Shown here piece after piece: positions 1 to 9,228 of a stretch of DNA of 64,000 nt. The DNA comes from a virus (taxonomy: Duplodnaviria > Heunggongvirae > Uroviricota > Caudoviricetes): the IMG/VR virus record IMGVR_UViG_3300047567_000058, positions 16,405-80,404 of that record; one strand, given 5' to 3'. A program made the position numbers and the translations under genes. Each line of letters begins with the position of its first letter. Position 1 is the stretch's first letter. Below the pieces are notes generated by a model. The model was not told the DNA's origin. It saw nothing but the letters and a program-made list of their open reading frames with translations, and searched no databases.

Positions 1-1
1 A

Positions 2-148
2 ATCGAGACCCAGGATCGAGAGATCAAAGACAGCCTCAAGACCATTTCGACCCAAGCCCCGGCTGCCGAGCCTACGCAGATTCAGAGCCAAGACGACGCC
101 AAATCTCAGCCTCAAGCTCCGGCGACTCCGTCGGCATTAGGATTCTGA
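2..148 (+). CDS. 3' end of an upstream gene (partial, hypothetical); open frame runs from the window edge to TGA at 146-148
   Basis: Frame open from position 2; protein-like translation (IETQDREIKDSLK...PSALGF*). No start codon in the window. Confidence 0.3.
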   Translation: METQDREIKDSLKTISTQAPAAEPTQIQSQDDAKSQPQAPATPSALGF

Positions 149-149
149 T

Positions 150-353
150 ATGCCGGGAATGGACATCGTCTGGGTCTTATGCGACTTCGTGTATGGGCTG
201 ATCGGCGTAGCCTCGGCCGTGCTGATACCATACAACGTTCTTTACTGGCACGACACATACATGCTGGTAGCGTGCATTCTGCTCGTGCTATGCGGAATCT
301 GGTTCGTGATATCCGCGATTAAGACGATCCGAGACGATCTTCGTAAAAAATAA
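150..353 (+). CDS. small membrane protein (67 aa, two predicted TM helices)
   Basis: From the ORF track. ATG follows the upstream stop directly. Two hydrophobic stretches. The stop is embedded in the A-rich element and is followed by a hairpin. Confidence 0.5.
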   Translation: MPGMDIVWVLCDFVYGLIGVASAVLIPYNVLYWHDTYMLVACILLVLCGIWFVISAIKTIRDDLRKK

Positions 354-390
354 AAAAAAAGACCTGACTTGTTGTCAGGCCTTTCTTTTG
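346..390. terminator. bidirectional intrinsic terminator: A-run, GC hairpin (about 363-379), T-rich tail
   Basis: The gacctgac...gtcaggc stem is flanked by A9 on one side and tttcttttg on the other. It closes the convergent genes 150..353 (+) and 391..969 (-). Confidence 0.55.
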
Positions 391-969
391 CTACTTCTTT
401 AAGGCAGCGTTGCGGCCAACCGCGAACTTGGCTGCGATATCGGCAGCCGTTGGCTGGTACCCGATGTCGCGATGAGAAGCGGTTTGCTGCTTAGGCTTCG
501 GCTCAGGCTGCGGAATGGCTGACGGCTCCTCAGGGGAAACCCCAGAGACGATGATCGTCGCCGATTCCATCGCGGCCTTAGACGGAGCCGAAATCGCCGC
601 GATAAGCTTTTCGTAAGCGCTGTTCGTCGCGTTTGCTAAAACCTTCGCCGAATCATCCGGCGAAGATTTTTTTGTTTTTGCGATGTACGAAAATTTCGCA
701 TCGCAGAAATCTTTGTAGGAGATGACATCTCTGACAATCATGGCGGCCATGAATTCTTTGGCTGCTTTCATTGTCGAGATGACAACGAAAGCTCTGTCCT
801 GATTAGGGACAAAGTTGTGCGGCTCATAAACGACGTACAGATCAAAATTTTCGTTGTCTCTGATCAAAGACAACTCATTGTGGAATCTGTCCACGATGTA
901 GCCGATTTTATCGGCTTGGTGATGTGCGACCAATTCTCTGATCGCTGCGACATTTTTTGAAACAAGCAT
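391..969 (-). CDS. hypothetical protein (about 192 aa)
   Basis: ORF-track frame. Start chosen at the second ATG (M25 of the track ORF), 9 nt after the RBS aaaggagg. The translation is protein-like; no recognisable domain. Confidence 0.5.
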   Translation of the reverse strand: MLVSKNVAAIRELVAHHQADKIGYIVDRFHNELSLIRDNENFDLYVVYEPHNFVPNQDRAFVVISTMKAAKEFMAAMIVRDVISYKDFCDAKFSYIAKTKKSSPDDSAKVLANATNSAYEKLIAAISAPSKAAMESATIIVSGVSPEEPSAIPQPEPKPKQQTASHRDIGYQPTAADIAAKFAVGRNAALKK

Positions 970-1047
970 ATGCATATGCCTCCTTTGTTTCATAAGAATC
1001 ATATATCCTTGATCCTGGCTAAAATACGGGATCCTCAACAATCAATT

Positions 1048-1731
1048 ATGTCAGATCTAAAGATATTGCGTGAGAAATCAGCCAACGAATTGAAGCGGCA
1101 GGCGAACGTCATAATCGGCGTTGCCGCATTCGTAATGTTCATCGTTGCGACGTTCTTGTTTTTCATAGCGATCGCTTCGCATTCTGAGCAGCCGCTGCTG
1201 ATAGCCGGGGCCGTCGTGCTGTTCCTTATAGCGTCAGGCATGATCGTCATGATGATCATAAACAGGCGCGCCGAGGACAAGATAAAGAACAGATTCATGT
1301 CCGAGGTATACGGAGTGGCCAGTTCGAAGGCTACCGAGATAGACGATGTCAGCCCCGAGCAGTTCTCAATAGTGTGCGCGATGATGTTCATCAAGTGCGG
1401 ATACAGAGTTAAGCTTGGGAGCCCTGACTCAATGGAAGGCGCTTCCATAATAGTCAAGAAGCGCGGCATCAGGAGAACAAGGGTGCGCTGCGAATTGGCT
1501 ATAGGGAGAATCAGCCCTGATCTGATAAAGCAATTCGCCATATCAAAGAGATTCCATAGGCATTCAGATCTGATGATCATAACCAATGGGTATTTGATGA
1601 AGCCTTCCAGAGAGCTTGCCGAGCAATATGGAATTAAGGTTATTGAAAGGGATAAGCTTCAGAAAATACTGAAGTCGGCTTCTCTTAAGCCGCTTCCGAG
1701 CAATTCGAAGATTGCAAGAACAGGAAAATAA
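1048..1731 (+). CDS. membrane-anchored protein with a C-terminal Mrr-like restriction-endonuclease (PD-(D/E)xK) domain
   Basis: N-terminal TM helices (VIIGVAAFVMFIVATFLFFIAI; LLIAGAVVLFLIASGMIVMMII). The C-terminal region (FSIVCAMMFIKCGYRV...SMEGASIIVKKRG...RCELAIG...ITNGYL) resembles Mrr_cat. Start taken at the internal ATG at 1048, because the track start at 970 would overlap the divergent gene. Confidence 0.45.
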   Translation: MSDLKILREKSANELKRQANVIIGVAAFVMFIVATFLFFIAIASHSEQPLLIAGAVVLFLIASGMIVMMIINRRAEDKIKNRFMSEVYGVASSKATEIDDVSPEQFSIVCAMMFIKCGYRVKLGSPDSMEGASIIVKKRGIRRTRVRCELAIGRISPDLIKQFAISKRFHRHSDLMIITNGYLMKPSRELAEQYGIKVIERDKLQKILKSASLKPLPSNSKIARTGK

Positions 1732-1756
1732 TAATATAATCTAAGTGGGATTTGCT

Positions 1757-2089
1757 ATGATTATTGACAAAAATGGCAACGAGGCTAAATGCGGATACGA
1801 CGCTTTCTCAGAGGGGCATCGCCATGCTACCAAGGAAGAGCGCGAAACGGTTTTTGAAAAGCGCGTCAAATACCGCGGGTACAACATAGACGTGTTCTGC
1901 GACGATAATGGCCAGCAGGAATATTGGTATTTCAAAGGCAGCGATTATTCCGGAGGATCGTTCAATCCTTGCTGGGAAGAAGAGCTCGAATATACCGTTG
2001 ACGAATGGCTTAAGAATCACAAGAAAGAAGCGCTTGCGCATCCTAAGACGATCAATTCTAAAGGAAGCCGTATTCGCCGGTGGAAATAA
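1757..2089 (+). CDS. hypothetical protein (110 aa)
   Basis: ORF-track frame, ATG at 1757. The stop lies inside the A-rich element. Confidence 0.4.
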   Translation: MIIDKNGNEAKCGYDAFSEGHRHATKEERETVFEKRVKYRGYNIDVFCDDNGQQEYWYFKGSDYSGGSFNPCWEEELEYTVDEWLKNHKKEALAHPKTINSKGSRIRRWK

Positions 2090-2125
2090 AAAAAAGATCG
2101 GGTGGTCGTCACTCGGTCTTTTCTT
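2082..2125. terminator. A-rich element plus hairpin between convergent genes; on the minus strand it reads hairpin followed by a T-run
   Basis: ggaaataaaaaaaag followed by gatcgggtgg...cactcggtc (hairpin with G-U pairs). Confidence 0.45.
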
Positions 2126-2648
2126 TAGCGAGATCCTCAAGCTCGGAGTCATTGGCTCCGTTTTTGAAAGCCTCAAGAACAACGGCCTGATACTTAGTCT
2201 GGCAGTCGAATACCTTATCGACTATCCAGCCATGGGCGCGGTCTCTGTGATAGAGGATTGCGGTATCCTTCAGCGTCTTGAAGTCAAGGCGTCTGTCGAA
2301 TGGGCCTCCTTTGCGAACGAACGGATTGCTTGGGAGCCTAACCTCGCCGTCGATCTTGCTGCCATTGACTAAGATAGCCGCTTTGGCAAGCTCGATGACC
2401 GCTTGGTCGAAGTAGTGCCGCTTGGCAAGGCGAGGATGCCCTGCGAGCTCCGGGAATATGGCCTCGATGAAGCTTTCTCCTGAGGCCGTTGGGAATCTTC
2501 CGACCAGCTCATGTATGGTGTCTTCGGTGTCAACGAATTCGTTCTTTGCGGTGGATGCCGTTTTGTAGACGACATAATAATCGTATTCGTCGTCTCCGCA
2601 GAATCCGACGATGCGATTTCGTGATGCTTTGATACAGTGAATCAGCAT
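2109..2648 (-). CDS. hypothetical protein (179 aa)
   Basis: ORF track; protein-like composition; function not recognised. Confidence 0.5.
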   Translation of the reverse strand: MLIHCIKASRNRIVGFCGDDEYDYYVVYKTASTAKNEFVDTEDTIHELVGRFPTASGESFIEAIFPELAGHPRLAKRHYFDQAVIELAKAAILVNGSKIDGEVRLPSNPFVRKGGPFDRRLDFKTLKDTAILYHRDRAHGWIVDKVFDCQTKYQAVVLEAFKNGANDSELEDLAKEKTE

Positions 2649-2745
2649 ATGCTAATCCTTCTTTCTCAGAGAAATGATATATCTGCCAATCTGCTAATCA
2701 GCGTTTTCCCCAAGTGAATTTGCAAGCAAGTAACAACCAATTATC

Positions 2746-5277
2746 ATGAAAACACACCAAAATGCAAAGATCGTCGACAGCCGTTCGCAGGGGCTTACGT
2801 CTGAGAAAGCCGCTCAGCTTAAGTCAGATGGATTGGCAAACGTCACCAACAAGAAATGCTCGAAGTCCTATTGGGATATCATCAGGGACAGCGTGTTCAC
2901 ATTCTTCAACGCGTTGCTTGCCGGCATAGCCATATGCTTCCTCGTGTTCGGGGTGGATGACTGGTCGAAATACGGATTCTGCATCAATCTTGTCCTCAAT
3001 ACGGCAATCGGAATCATCCAGGAAATCAGGTCAAAGAAAGCCGTAGAGAAGCTGTCGATAGTGTGCTCATCTAAGGCATCTGTTCGCAGAGACGGGAAGG
3101 AAATAAAAATAAATTCCGACGACATCGTTTTGGGAGACGTCGTCATTCTGAGATCTGGCGATCAGATCCCTGTCGACGGAGACGTCATCGACGGAAGCGC
3201 CGAAGCCAATGAGTCGCTTCTCACCGGAGAGGCCGACGCCATAAAGAAGGAATCCGGGGCTAAGGTTCTTGCCGGGTCGTTCATCATTTCGGGGTCATGC
3301 TCCATCGTGGCTACGGCCGTGGGGCAATCGACTTACGCGTCCGGCATCCAAAACAAAGCCAAGGAATTCAAGAGAGCCAAGTCTGAGCTGATGACCACGA
3401 TCATGTGGCTGCTCAAGGTTCTGGCGTGCATCATCGTCCCGCTCGGATTCGCCCTGGGGCTTAAGCTTTGGCTTACCAACGGGATGCCGGCGGCGTACAC
3501 GACTTCGTTTGAGTCCGACGTCATAATCCCGACAGGGACCATGATGGTCGGCATGATTCCTTCAGGGATGATTCTCCTTACGTCCATAGCGCTTGCCGTC
3601 GGAATAATCAAATTAGCGTCGAAGAAAGCGCTCGTTCAGGACATGTATTCCATCGAGATGCTGGCCAGGGTAGACACCGTCGCGTTCGACAAGACGGGAA
3701 CCCTTACGGACGGGCATATGAAGGTTGATTCCATAATCAGCCTCAGCCGAAAGGTCAAAGACAATCAGCTCGTCGATCTTCTGTCATCTTTCATCGGCTC
3801 ATTCAAGACGAGCAACGCGACGTCAGCCGCTCTGATAGCTCAGTTCGGATCCGTAGGGTCGATGACGGCTCAGGAAGTGCTTGAGTTCTCCAGCGACAGG
3901 AAGACGTCTTCTGCCGGGATGCCTGACGGATTCATTTACGTTTTGGGAGCGCCGGAATATATCACCGGGGATTCTATCATACTTTCAGAATACGCGAAGC
4001 TGGCTTCCAGAGGGCTTCGGGTCGTCTTGTTCGCAAGGCGCCATGGAAGCCTGCAGCCGCAAGGAGAGGACAGATCGGCTGACATCGATCCGCTGGCTCT
4101 CATAGTGCTTAGGGATGGCGTCAGGCCAGCGGTCATCAGCACGATGAAATGGTTCAAAGACAATTCCGTCAGCGTCAAGATCATCTCTGGCGACAATCCA
4201 TCAACCGTGTCGCAGATCGCCAAAGAAGCCGGAGTCCCAGATTGGGACAAGGCGGTTTCTATGGAGGGGATCCGAGATGAGGATATCCCTCAGATGGCGG
4301 CGGATTTCAATGTGTTTGGGCGCGTTAGCCCGGAGCAGAAGGCTAAGATCATCAAGGCTCTTCAGAAGCAAGGCCATAAAGTGGCGTATGCCGGAGACGG
4401 GGTCAATGACGTCATATCTCTGAAGACAGCGGATTGCTCGGTCGCCATGGCCGGAGGGGCGGATGCCGCCAAAGCGGTTTCCAACATCGTTCTCATCGAT
4501 TCTAATTTCGATGATCTTCCGGCTGCTATAGGCGAAGGGCGCAGAGTCGTCAACAACATAACCAGGACTTCAACTTTGTTCCTGATGAAGACTTTCTCGA
4601 TGATGCTTCTTGGGATAATGACGCTGTGCGGATTATTTTATTATTTCCCTCTCGAGATGGAAAATCTTGCCTTGATGGAGACATTCGTCATCGGGATCGC
4701 CTCGTTCTTCCTGTCGGTCGAGCCTTGCCAGGAAAGGCTTTCAGGATCATTCAAACGCAATATCATGGTGCGAGCGATACCGGCCGCGTTGCTGCTTGCC
4801 GGGTCGGTTCTTGTTGGAAAGATATGGCTTTCGGGCGGGCAGACATGGAGCATAGTCGCTCCGACGATGAAAGACAAAACTCTGATCTGCATGCTTTATT
4901 CGATAGCGTCGTTCATGGTTCTGTTCCGCATAAGCGTTCCTATGAACGGATATAGGTCCGGAGTGTTCATCGGCAACATGGCTGGGGCCGTGATATACTC
5001 GATGTTCCTTCCTCTCAGCGCGTTTGGCGGATGCTCTACCAGCCTTTTCAAAATCGCATCCGATGGCGTAATGCATTTATGGGTTATAAAAATAGATGGC
5101 GCGTACTATGACGCGTTCTCAAAGATATTCGATCTCGGAGGAACGCTTAGCGCATTATCCAGCGGGGATTGGCTGATGATTTTGATCAGCGTTCTGGCGA
5201 TGCCTGTCGTGTACTTCACTATGGATAATCTGTTCTCAAGGATTCCGGAAAAACAAAAATATTCACATTCGAAGTGA
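2746..5277 (+). CDS. P-type cation-transporting ATPase (P2/P3-type, Mg2+/Ca2+-like), 843 aa
   Basis: Phosphorylation motif DKTGTLT (AFDKTGTLTDG). Actuator-domain motif TGEA. Hinge motif GDGVNDVISLKTAD. Multiple TM segments. Full length and uninterrupted. Confidence 0.85.
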   Translation: MKTHQNAKIVDSRSQGLTSEKAAQLKSDGLANVTNKKCSKSYWDIIRDSVFTFFNALLAGIAICFLVFGVDDWSKYGFCINLVLNTAIGIIQEIRSKKAVEKLSIVCSSKASVRRDGKEIKINSDDIVLGDVVILRSGDQIPVDGDVIDGSAEANESLLTGEADAIKKESGAKVLAGSFIISGSCSIVATAVGQSTYASGIQNKAKEFKRAKSELMTTIMWLLKVLACIIVPLGFALGLKLWLTNGMPAAYTTSFESDVIIPTGTMMVGMIPSGMILLTSIALAVGIIKLASKKALVQDMYSIEMLARVDTVAFDKTGTLTDGHMKVDSIISLSRKVKDNQLVDLLSSFIGSFKTSNATSAALIAQFGSVGSMTAQEVLEFSSDRKTSSAGMPDGFIYVLGAPEYITGDSIILSEYAKLASRGLRVVLFARRHGSLQPQGEDRSADIDPLALIVLRDGVRPAVISTMKWFKDNSVSVKIISGDNPSTVSQIAKEAGVPDWDKAVSMEGIRDEDIPQMAADFNVFGRVSPEQKAKIIKALQKQGHKVAYAGDGVNDVISLKTADCSVAMAGGADAAKAVSNIVLIDSNFDDLPAAIGEGRRVVNNITRTSTLFLMKTFSMMLLGIMTLCGLFYYFPLEMENLALMETFVIGIASFFLSVEPCQERLSGSFKRNIMVRAIPAALLLAGSVLVGKIWLSGGQTWSIVAPTMKDKTLICMLYSIASFMVLFRISVPMNGYRSGVFIGNMAGAVIYSMFLPLSAFGGCSTSLFKIASDGVMHLWVIKIDGAYYDAFSKIFDLGGTLSALSSGDWLMILISVLAMPVVYFTMDNLFSRIPEKQKYSHSK

Positions 5278-5314
5278 TGTATGATACAATTCGTATGCGG
5301 AGGAGAAAGGAATT

Positions 5315-6142
5315 GTGAATCTTACCGTCGGTAGCTCAATGTTGTCATCAACCAATTACGAAGTGAAACTAATAGATTCTATCAAATCGTCTTTTTCTGG
5401 GGCGTTGACAGGGCTTCAGCTGTGCGACAGCGATGAAGGGACTGCCGATCCTGAGGATGAGACGGTCGAAGCTATATACGCATACTCTGGCAAAGGATGC
5501 CCGATTAGTTCATCGTCTAAGATCAGGGTTCTTGTCATGTCAAGGAAAGCCGATCCGAAAAGCGCTGCGTCAAAGACCTTAGGAAAGGATTACCAATATC
5601 TTGGATTCTGCGCCTGCGACGATTCGTCAGTATCCGTTTCGGATATCAGCGAGTTCCTCAACGGAAAAGCAAGCGCCATAATGTCGAACGACACCCCCAA
5701 TGGAAAATGGACTCTCTTGGTCAGCGACCGTTTAAAGAAAGATCTTGGGCTGCTGGTAAGCATCACGCAGACCTGGGAATATGACGCGTTGGCCAAAGAT
5801 TATCGCATCAATATGACGATAGGCGCGGACTTATGCCTTAATTACGATGACACGGAGGCTACTCCTTCCGTGTCCTACAGCGGATTATCGAAGAAGCCTA
5901 GAAAATACAGCGACAATTGCATTTCGTCAGATGAGCTTATCGATGACATCAATGCCTTGGGAAGTTTGGCGTATGTCATAAAAGGAAGCACGACGACCAC
6001 CGGAAGCATTTACATCGACGATGGGCTTAAATCAAACGGATATACGGTCGGAGGCATCGCGTTCAAGCAAAGAAGCTATGACGTGAAGATACCAGTCAAG
6101 TCTAAGGACTTCGTTATCGGAGACGATAACGACCCCCGCTGA
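5315..6142 (+). CDS. hypothetical protein (275 aa), GTG start after RBS ggaggagaaagg
   Basis: ORF track; Ser/Thr-rich, possibly secreted or structural. Confidence 0.45.
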   Translation: MNLTVGSSMLSSTNYEVKLIDSIKSSFSGALTGLQLCDSDEGTADPEDETVEAIYAYSGKGCPISSSSKIRVLVMSRKADPKSAASKTLGKDYQYLGFCACDDSSVSVSDISEFLNGKASAIMSNDTPNGKWTLLVSDRLKKDLGLLVSITQTWEYDALAKDYRINMTIGADLCLNYDDTEATPSVSYSGLSKKPRKYSDNCISSDELIDDINALGSLAYVIKGSTTTTGSIYIDDGLKSNGYTVGGIAFKQRSYDVKIPVKSKDFVIGDDNDPR

Positions 6143-6149
6143 AATAGGC

Positions 6150-6254
6150 ATGGACGTCGAAGATGTCGTAAAAGAGCTTATAGATGCGGGAGTTGTCGAT
6201 GCCGATGAGCTACGAGCTAAAGTGTCTTCGGCGATTTTAAACAAAATTGTTTGA
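6150..6254 (+). CDS. possible small acidic protein (34 aa, MDVEDVVKELIDAGVVDADELRAKVSSAILNKIV)
   Basis: ATG lies 8 nt after the upstream stop. Weak RBS. Shorter than the ORF-track cutoff. Confidence 0.2.
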   Translation: MDVEDVVKELIDAGVVDADELRAKVSSAILNKIV

Positions 6255-6260
6255 TTTCAC

Positions 6261-6288
6261 TTGACACTTCTAAAATAGCTATTATAAT
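6261..6288 (+). promoter_or_regulatory. sigma70-type promoter with consensus TTGACA, a 16-nt spacer and TATAAT
   Basis: ttgacacttctaaaatagctattataat read directly; both hexamers match the consensus exactly. Confidence 0.55.
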
Positions 6289-6295
6289 CATACTT

Positions 6296-6550
6296 GCATC
6301 TCGGGGAAACCTAAGAAGCTGCCCAAGTGCTCGATCGGCACGTTTGAAGGGCTCCGATCTCCGGCCGTCGGAAAAGAAACGGGCGGTGTCTATCCGGCGA
6401 GATTCGATTCCGTTCCCAATGATCGCAAGATCACGGAACGCGCGCGTCTCAGATGGAAAGGTAAGGGCTCGCTAAGGTAGTCCCACGGAAGCCAGAAATG
6501 GCAAAGACCTTGGCTAAGAGAATAACCCGTAAGGGTTATTTTTTTTATTT
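6296..6550 (+). ncRNA. candidate structured non-coding RNA or cis-regulatory leader (about 250 nt) between the promoter and an intrinsic terminator
   Basis: No credible ORF (the track ORF 6251..6475 is Arg/Ser-rich nonsense). GC-rich stretches that can pair. Ends in hairpin aacccgtaagggtt followed by T8. Confidence 0.35.
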
Positions 6551-6564
6551 CCCGCTAAGGCGGG
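6524..6564 (+). terminator. intrinsic terminator (aacccgtaagggtt, T8, ATTTCCC) followed by a second small hairpin cccgctaaggcggg
   Basis: Perfect 5-bp stem with GNRA-like loop, T-run, then the recurrent ATTTCC motif. Confidence 0.6.
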
Positions 6565-6575
6565 AACAACTGATT

Positions 6576-6893
6576 ATGATCGTACTAAATGAAAACCAGG
6601 CATACGCCGTTCTAAAAGATCTCGGGTTCGACCAGGAAAGATGGACCCCGGAAGAATATCTCATCAATGAGGGAATCTCATATGAGTGCGGATATTACGA
6701 CGGCAAATTCCAATATCGCTTCGGCGGAGACACCGAGCACTACATCGCCGAGAGCTGCGTCAACGTGGGAATAAAGCCATATGCCGATCAAGGCATTCTC
6801 AACGAAAGCTCAGATGATGACAATCCGATCAAGGCGAAGCTCAAAGCCATCATGGCCGCAAGGGCTGCCAAGAAGCCATCCGTTGCTAAGTAA
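6576..6893 (+). CDS. hypothetical protein (105 aa)
   Basis: Internal ATG (M27 of track ORF 6498..6893) downstream of the terminator; the upstream part of the track ORF overlaps the terminator. Confidence 0.5.
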   Translation: MIVLNENQAYAVLKDLGFDQERWTPEEYLINEGISYECGYYDGKFQYRFGGDTEHYIAESCVNVGIKPYADQGILNESSDDDNPIKAKLKAIMAARAAKKPSVAK

Positions 6894-6924
6894 GGCCGAT
6901 CTTAGAAGATTGGCCTTTTCTTTG
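6894..6924 (+). terminator. intrinsic terminator (ggccgatcttagaagattggcc followed by ttttcttt)
   Basis: Inverted repeat directly after the stop codon, followed by a T-run. Confidence 0.55.
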
Positions 6925-6951
6925 CTTGGCTTACGGTGTACAATAATCGCG

Positions 6952-7581
6952 ATGAGATACAAATCAATCATAGCAGGGCTCTTCTACTCAAAAACTCCTA
7001 ACGATCGGACTACGTTTGCGTTCGATCCTTTTGACATGAGCGACGGCATCTGCGTCAATTCAAGATATGGATATGACTCAATCGATGGGGACAACGTCGA
7101 TATCAAGGACGTCGATGATCTGGTGGCAAACGGGGAGATAATCCCGGTCTCAAGAAAGCTGGATGCCCCGAGGCGAGTTCGCAAGCCTTGGTATTACATA
7201 ATAATAAATAAATCCTACATCGATGATGTCGAAGCGACGTTCATCATCACCAAGAAAGTTCATCACCACGGAGAATATGATTATGCCGTCGAAACGCTCC
7301 TGGTGTTCAAGCAAGTCAAGAAAAAATCAGATCATGCCAAGATCAGAGTGCTGTCTGGGACGTCAAAGAGCAATAATTCGCCGTCAAACGCGATTCATAT
7401 GTGCGGGACGTATATGCGATATGGCGACGTCGATGCCTATCAGAAAGCCAATGGAGACCCCGTTCAAGATCTGACGTACATCATCACTGAGCAGCTCAAA
7501 GAATTGGCTCCGGTTCTCCAAGGCAAGACGATAGACGTCAAATCAGCAATCGAGAGCGCAATGATGGATATGCGCGTATGA
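6952..7581 (+). CDS. hypothetical protein (209 aa)
   Basis: Internal ATG (M58 of the track ORF) after the upstream terminator. Contains one in-frame AT-rich element (IIINKSYI). Confidence 0.5.
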   Translation: MRYKSIIAGLFYSKTPNDRTTFAFDPFDMSDGICVNSRYGYDSIDGDNVDIKDVDDLVANGEIIPVSRKLDAPRRVRKPWYYIIINKSYIDDVEATFIITKKVHHHGEYDYAVETLLVFKQVKKKSDHAKIRVLSGTSKSNNSPSNAIHMCGTYMRYGDVDAYQKANGDPVQDLTYIITEQLKELAPVLQGKTIDVKSAIESAMMDMRV

Positions 7582-7597
7582 AAGAAAGGACTTGAAT

Positions 7598-8005
7598 ATG
7601 CCAAATGATTATTACGAAGATCCCAGATACGCGATCGTCGTGACTCAGATCGATGTCTATATCTTAAAAAGCATCGACGAGATAAACGCCAGACTGGACA
7701 ATCTAGAAGCCAATCTTTCGATGCTGTGCAATAGGGTGCAGAATGATTTCATAAAGATCACCGATGGCGGATACGTCCAAGACAAGGATTTCTTTGAGGA
7801 TGGGTCATTCAGAGACATATATCCCAACCAGGTTAATTACGTCGACGGGCATCCTACAAAAGCCATAGTTCAGACTGAGTATTCAAATCGCGTCAACGCA
7901 TATGGGCTTTCTTCATTGAAGGACATGACTTCTGATATTAGTAGCCTTAAATCGCAAGTTTACGGCATTCAATGCCTGATGGCTTCGCGGGAAACAAAAA
8001 AATAA
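7598..8005 (+). CDS. hypothetical protein (135 aa)
   Basis: ATG at 7598 preceded by gaaagga. Followed by a terminator. Confidence 0.5.
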   Translation: MPNDYYEDPRYAIVVTQIDVYILKSIDEINARLDNLEANLSMLCNRVQNDFIKITDGGYVQDKDFFEDGSFRDIYPNQVNYVDGHPTKAIVQTEYSNRVNAYGLSSLKDMTSDISSLKSQVYGIQCLMASRETKK

Positions 8006-8032
8006 AGCCAGACTAACTGTCTGGCTTTTTTA
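8006..8032 (+). terminator. intrinsic terminator (agccagactaactgtctggct followed by T6)
   Basis: Perfect 7-bp stem and T-run immediately after the stop codon. Confidence 0.7.
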
Positions 8033-8765
8033 GTGCCGTACGAGATACGATATCGAAACTCTGACCTGAGGCGCCTGCGGGGACTTGCACGCCGTTCTCA
8101 AGTTTGGAAATCTTGAATATTCCGTGTTGAGAGAGTTCCAAAAGCAAGTCCCAGGCGAGGCGCCTGAGGGAAGAAGCGAACATGCGCTTCAGGCATTTGA
8201 ACTGCTGAGAGCCTCAGCGATTTACTACGACACAGACTTAATTGTGTATCTCAAGCATGCTTTCACATGACAGCGTATCCCGATCGGGCCCGCGTGTGAA
8301 CTCCTCCACGAAACAGAAATAGTTGCTTGGCTATGTCTGTAGAGCGGGGAGTTCTTCGCGGGCCGGACGGGATATCGCTATTTGGTCTGAAGCTTATCTG
8401 TTGACGCCTGGGGATCCGGATATTTAACGAGGCGTCTGTGCCCGACGTCAAAGATCCGGATCGCATGGTCGTCATCAGATAGCGTAAGGCTTTAAGCGAT
8501 AGCTTATAGTACAACCGAGGATGCCCCGGTATTTTCCATGCTTGTGCAAAAGGCATACGATAATTGAAAGACAGATGCGTCCCAGTCCAGAGGCTGTTGT
8601 GTTTGAATCGGCGTTCGCTCCGTGCGCAAAACGCCGGTTCAAGCCGAAAGCTTCTGGATTTGGGAAAGCGTCATGTTTGAGAATCATATCGCGCAATCGC
8701 AGGAATCCTGCGCAAAACTATGCCTTATTATTTCTAGACGATGCGCCTTTAATAATTAGAAATGA

Positions 8766-8834
8766 ATCCTGATCATGAATTCAACCGTTTAGCCACAGCA
8801 TGTGACTTAACGGTCTGAAGCTCATGATCAGGAT
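8766..8834. repeat. long inverted repeat (13-bp perfect arms atcctgatcatga / tcatgatcaggat plus inner imperfect pairing) inside a region that lacks ORFs
   Basis: Read directly from the sequence; a roughly 69-nt hairpin. Confidence 0.6.
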
Positions 8835-9228
8835 CTCAGTTCAAAGAGCCTATGGACTTAGCGCTGTGGTGAAGCAGAGATGCAAGAGCTACATGGCAGC
8901 GGTGATCCAGGCATCCATGCCTGGATCCCCGCTGCGCACGAGCTCTAGCAGATCTGCTTGGCGGATGCACCGGATGAACTCATCTTCAGAAGTGCCTGCA
9001 CTTCTGAGATGAAGATCACCGGTGCCATGTAAGCCAGTCAGCGCGGTGCGACGCTCGCAAACGATCTGAATCTACAGCTTGCTGGATATCTTACGCCAGT
9101 CGAAGACGACCTAAGCAAGATATCCGCAAGCGGGATTCAGAGAATGCGAGCCTATCGCAAGTCCATAAAAACAGCAGTCTAAACAGTAGCCGAAAGATGC
9201 TTTCGGTGATCCGCATCGTTGGATAATG

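Noticed and set aside
6251-6475. 74-aa ORF in the ORF track between the sigma70 promoter and the terminator
   Set aside because: Translation is Arg/Ser-rich with no RBS and it overlaps a structured GC-rich leader; treated as non-coding.
8600-8660. Group II intron domain V look-alike (ccgtgcgcaaaacgccggttc)
   Set aside because: The flanks do not form the required 14-bp bipartite stem with an AGC triad and GNRA loop; taken as a chance resemblance.
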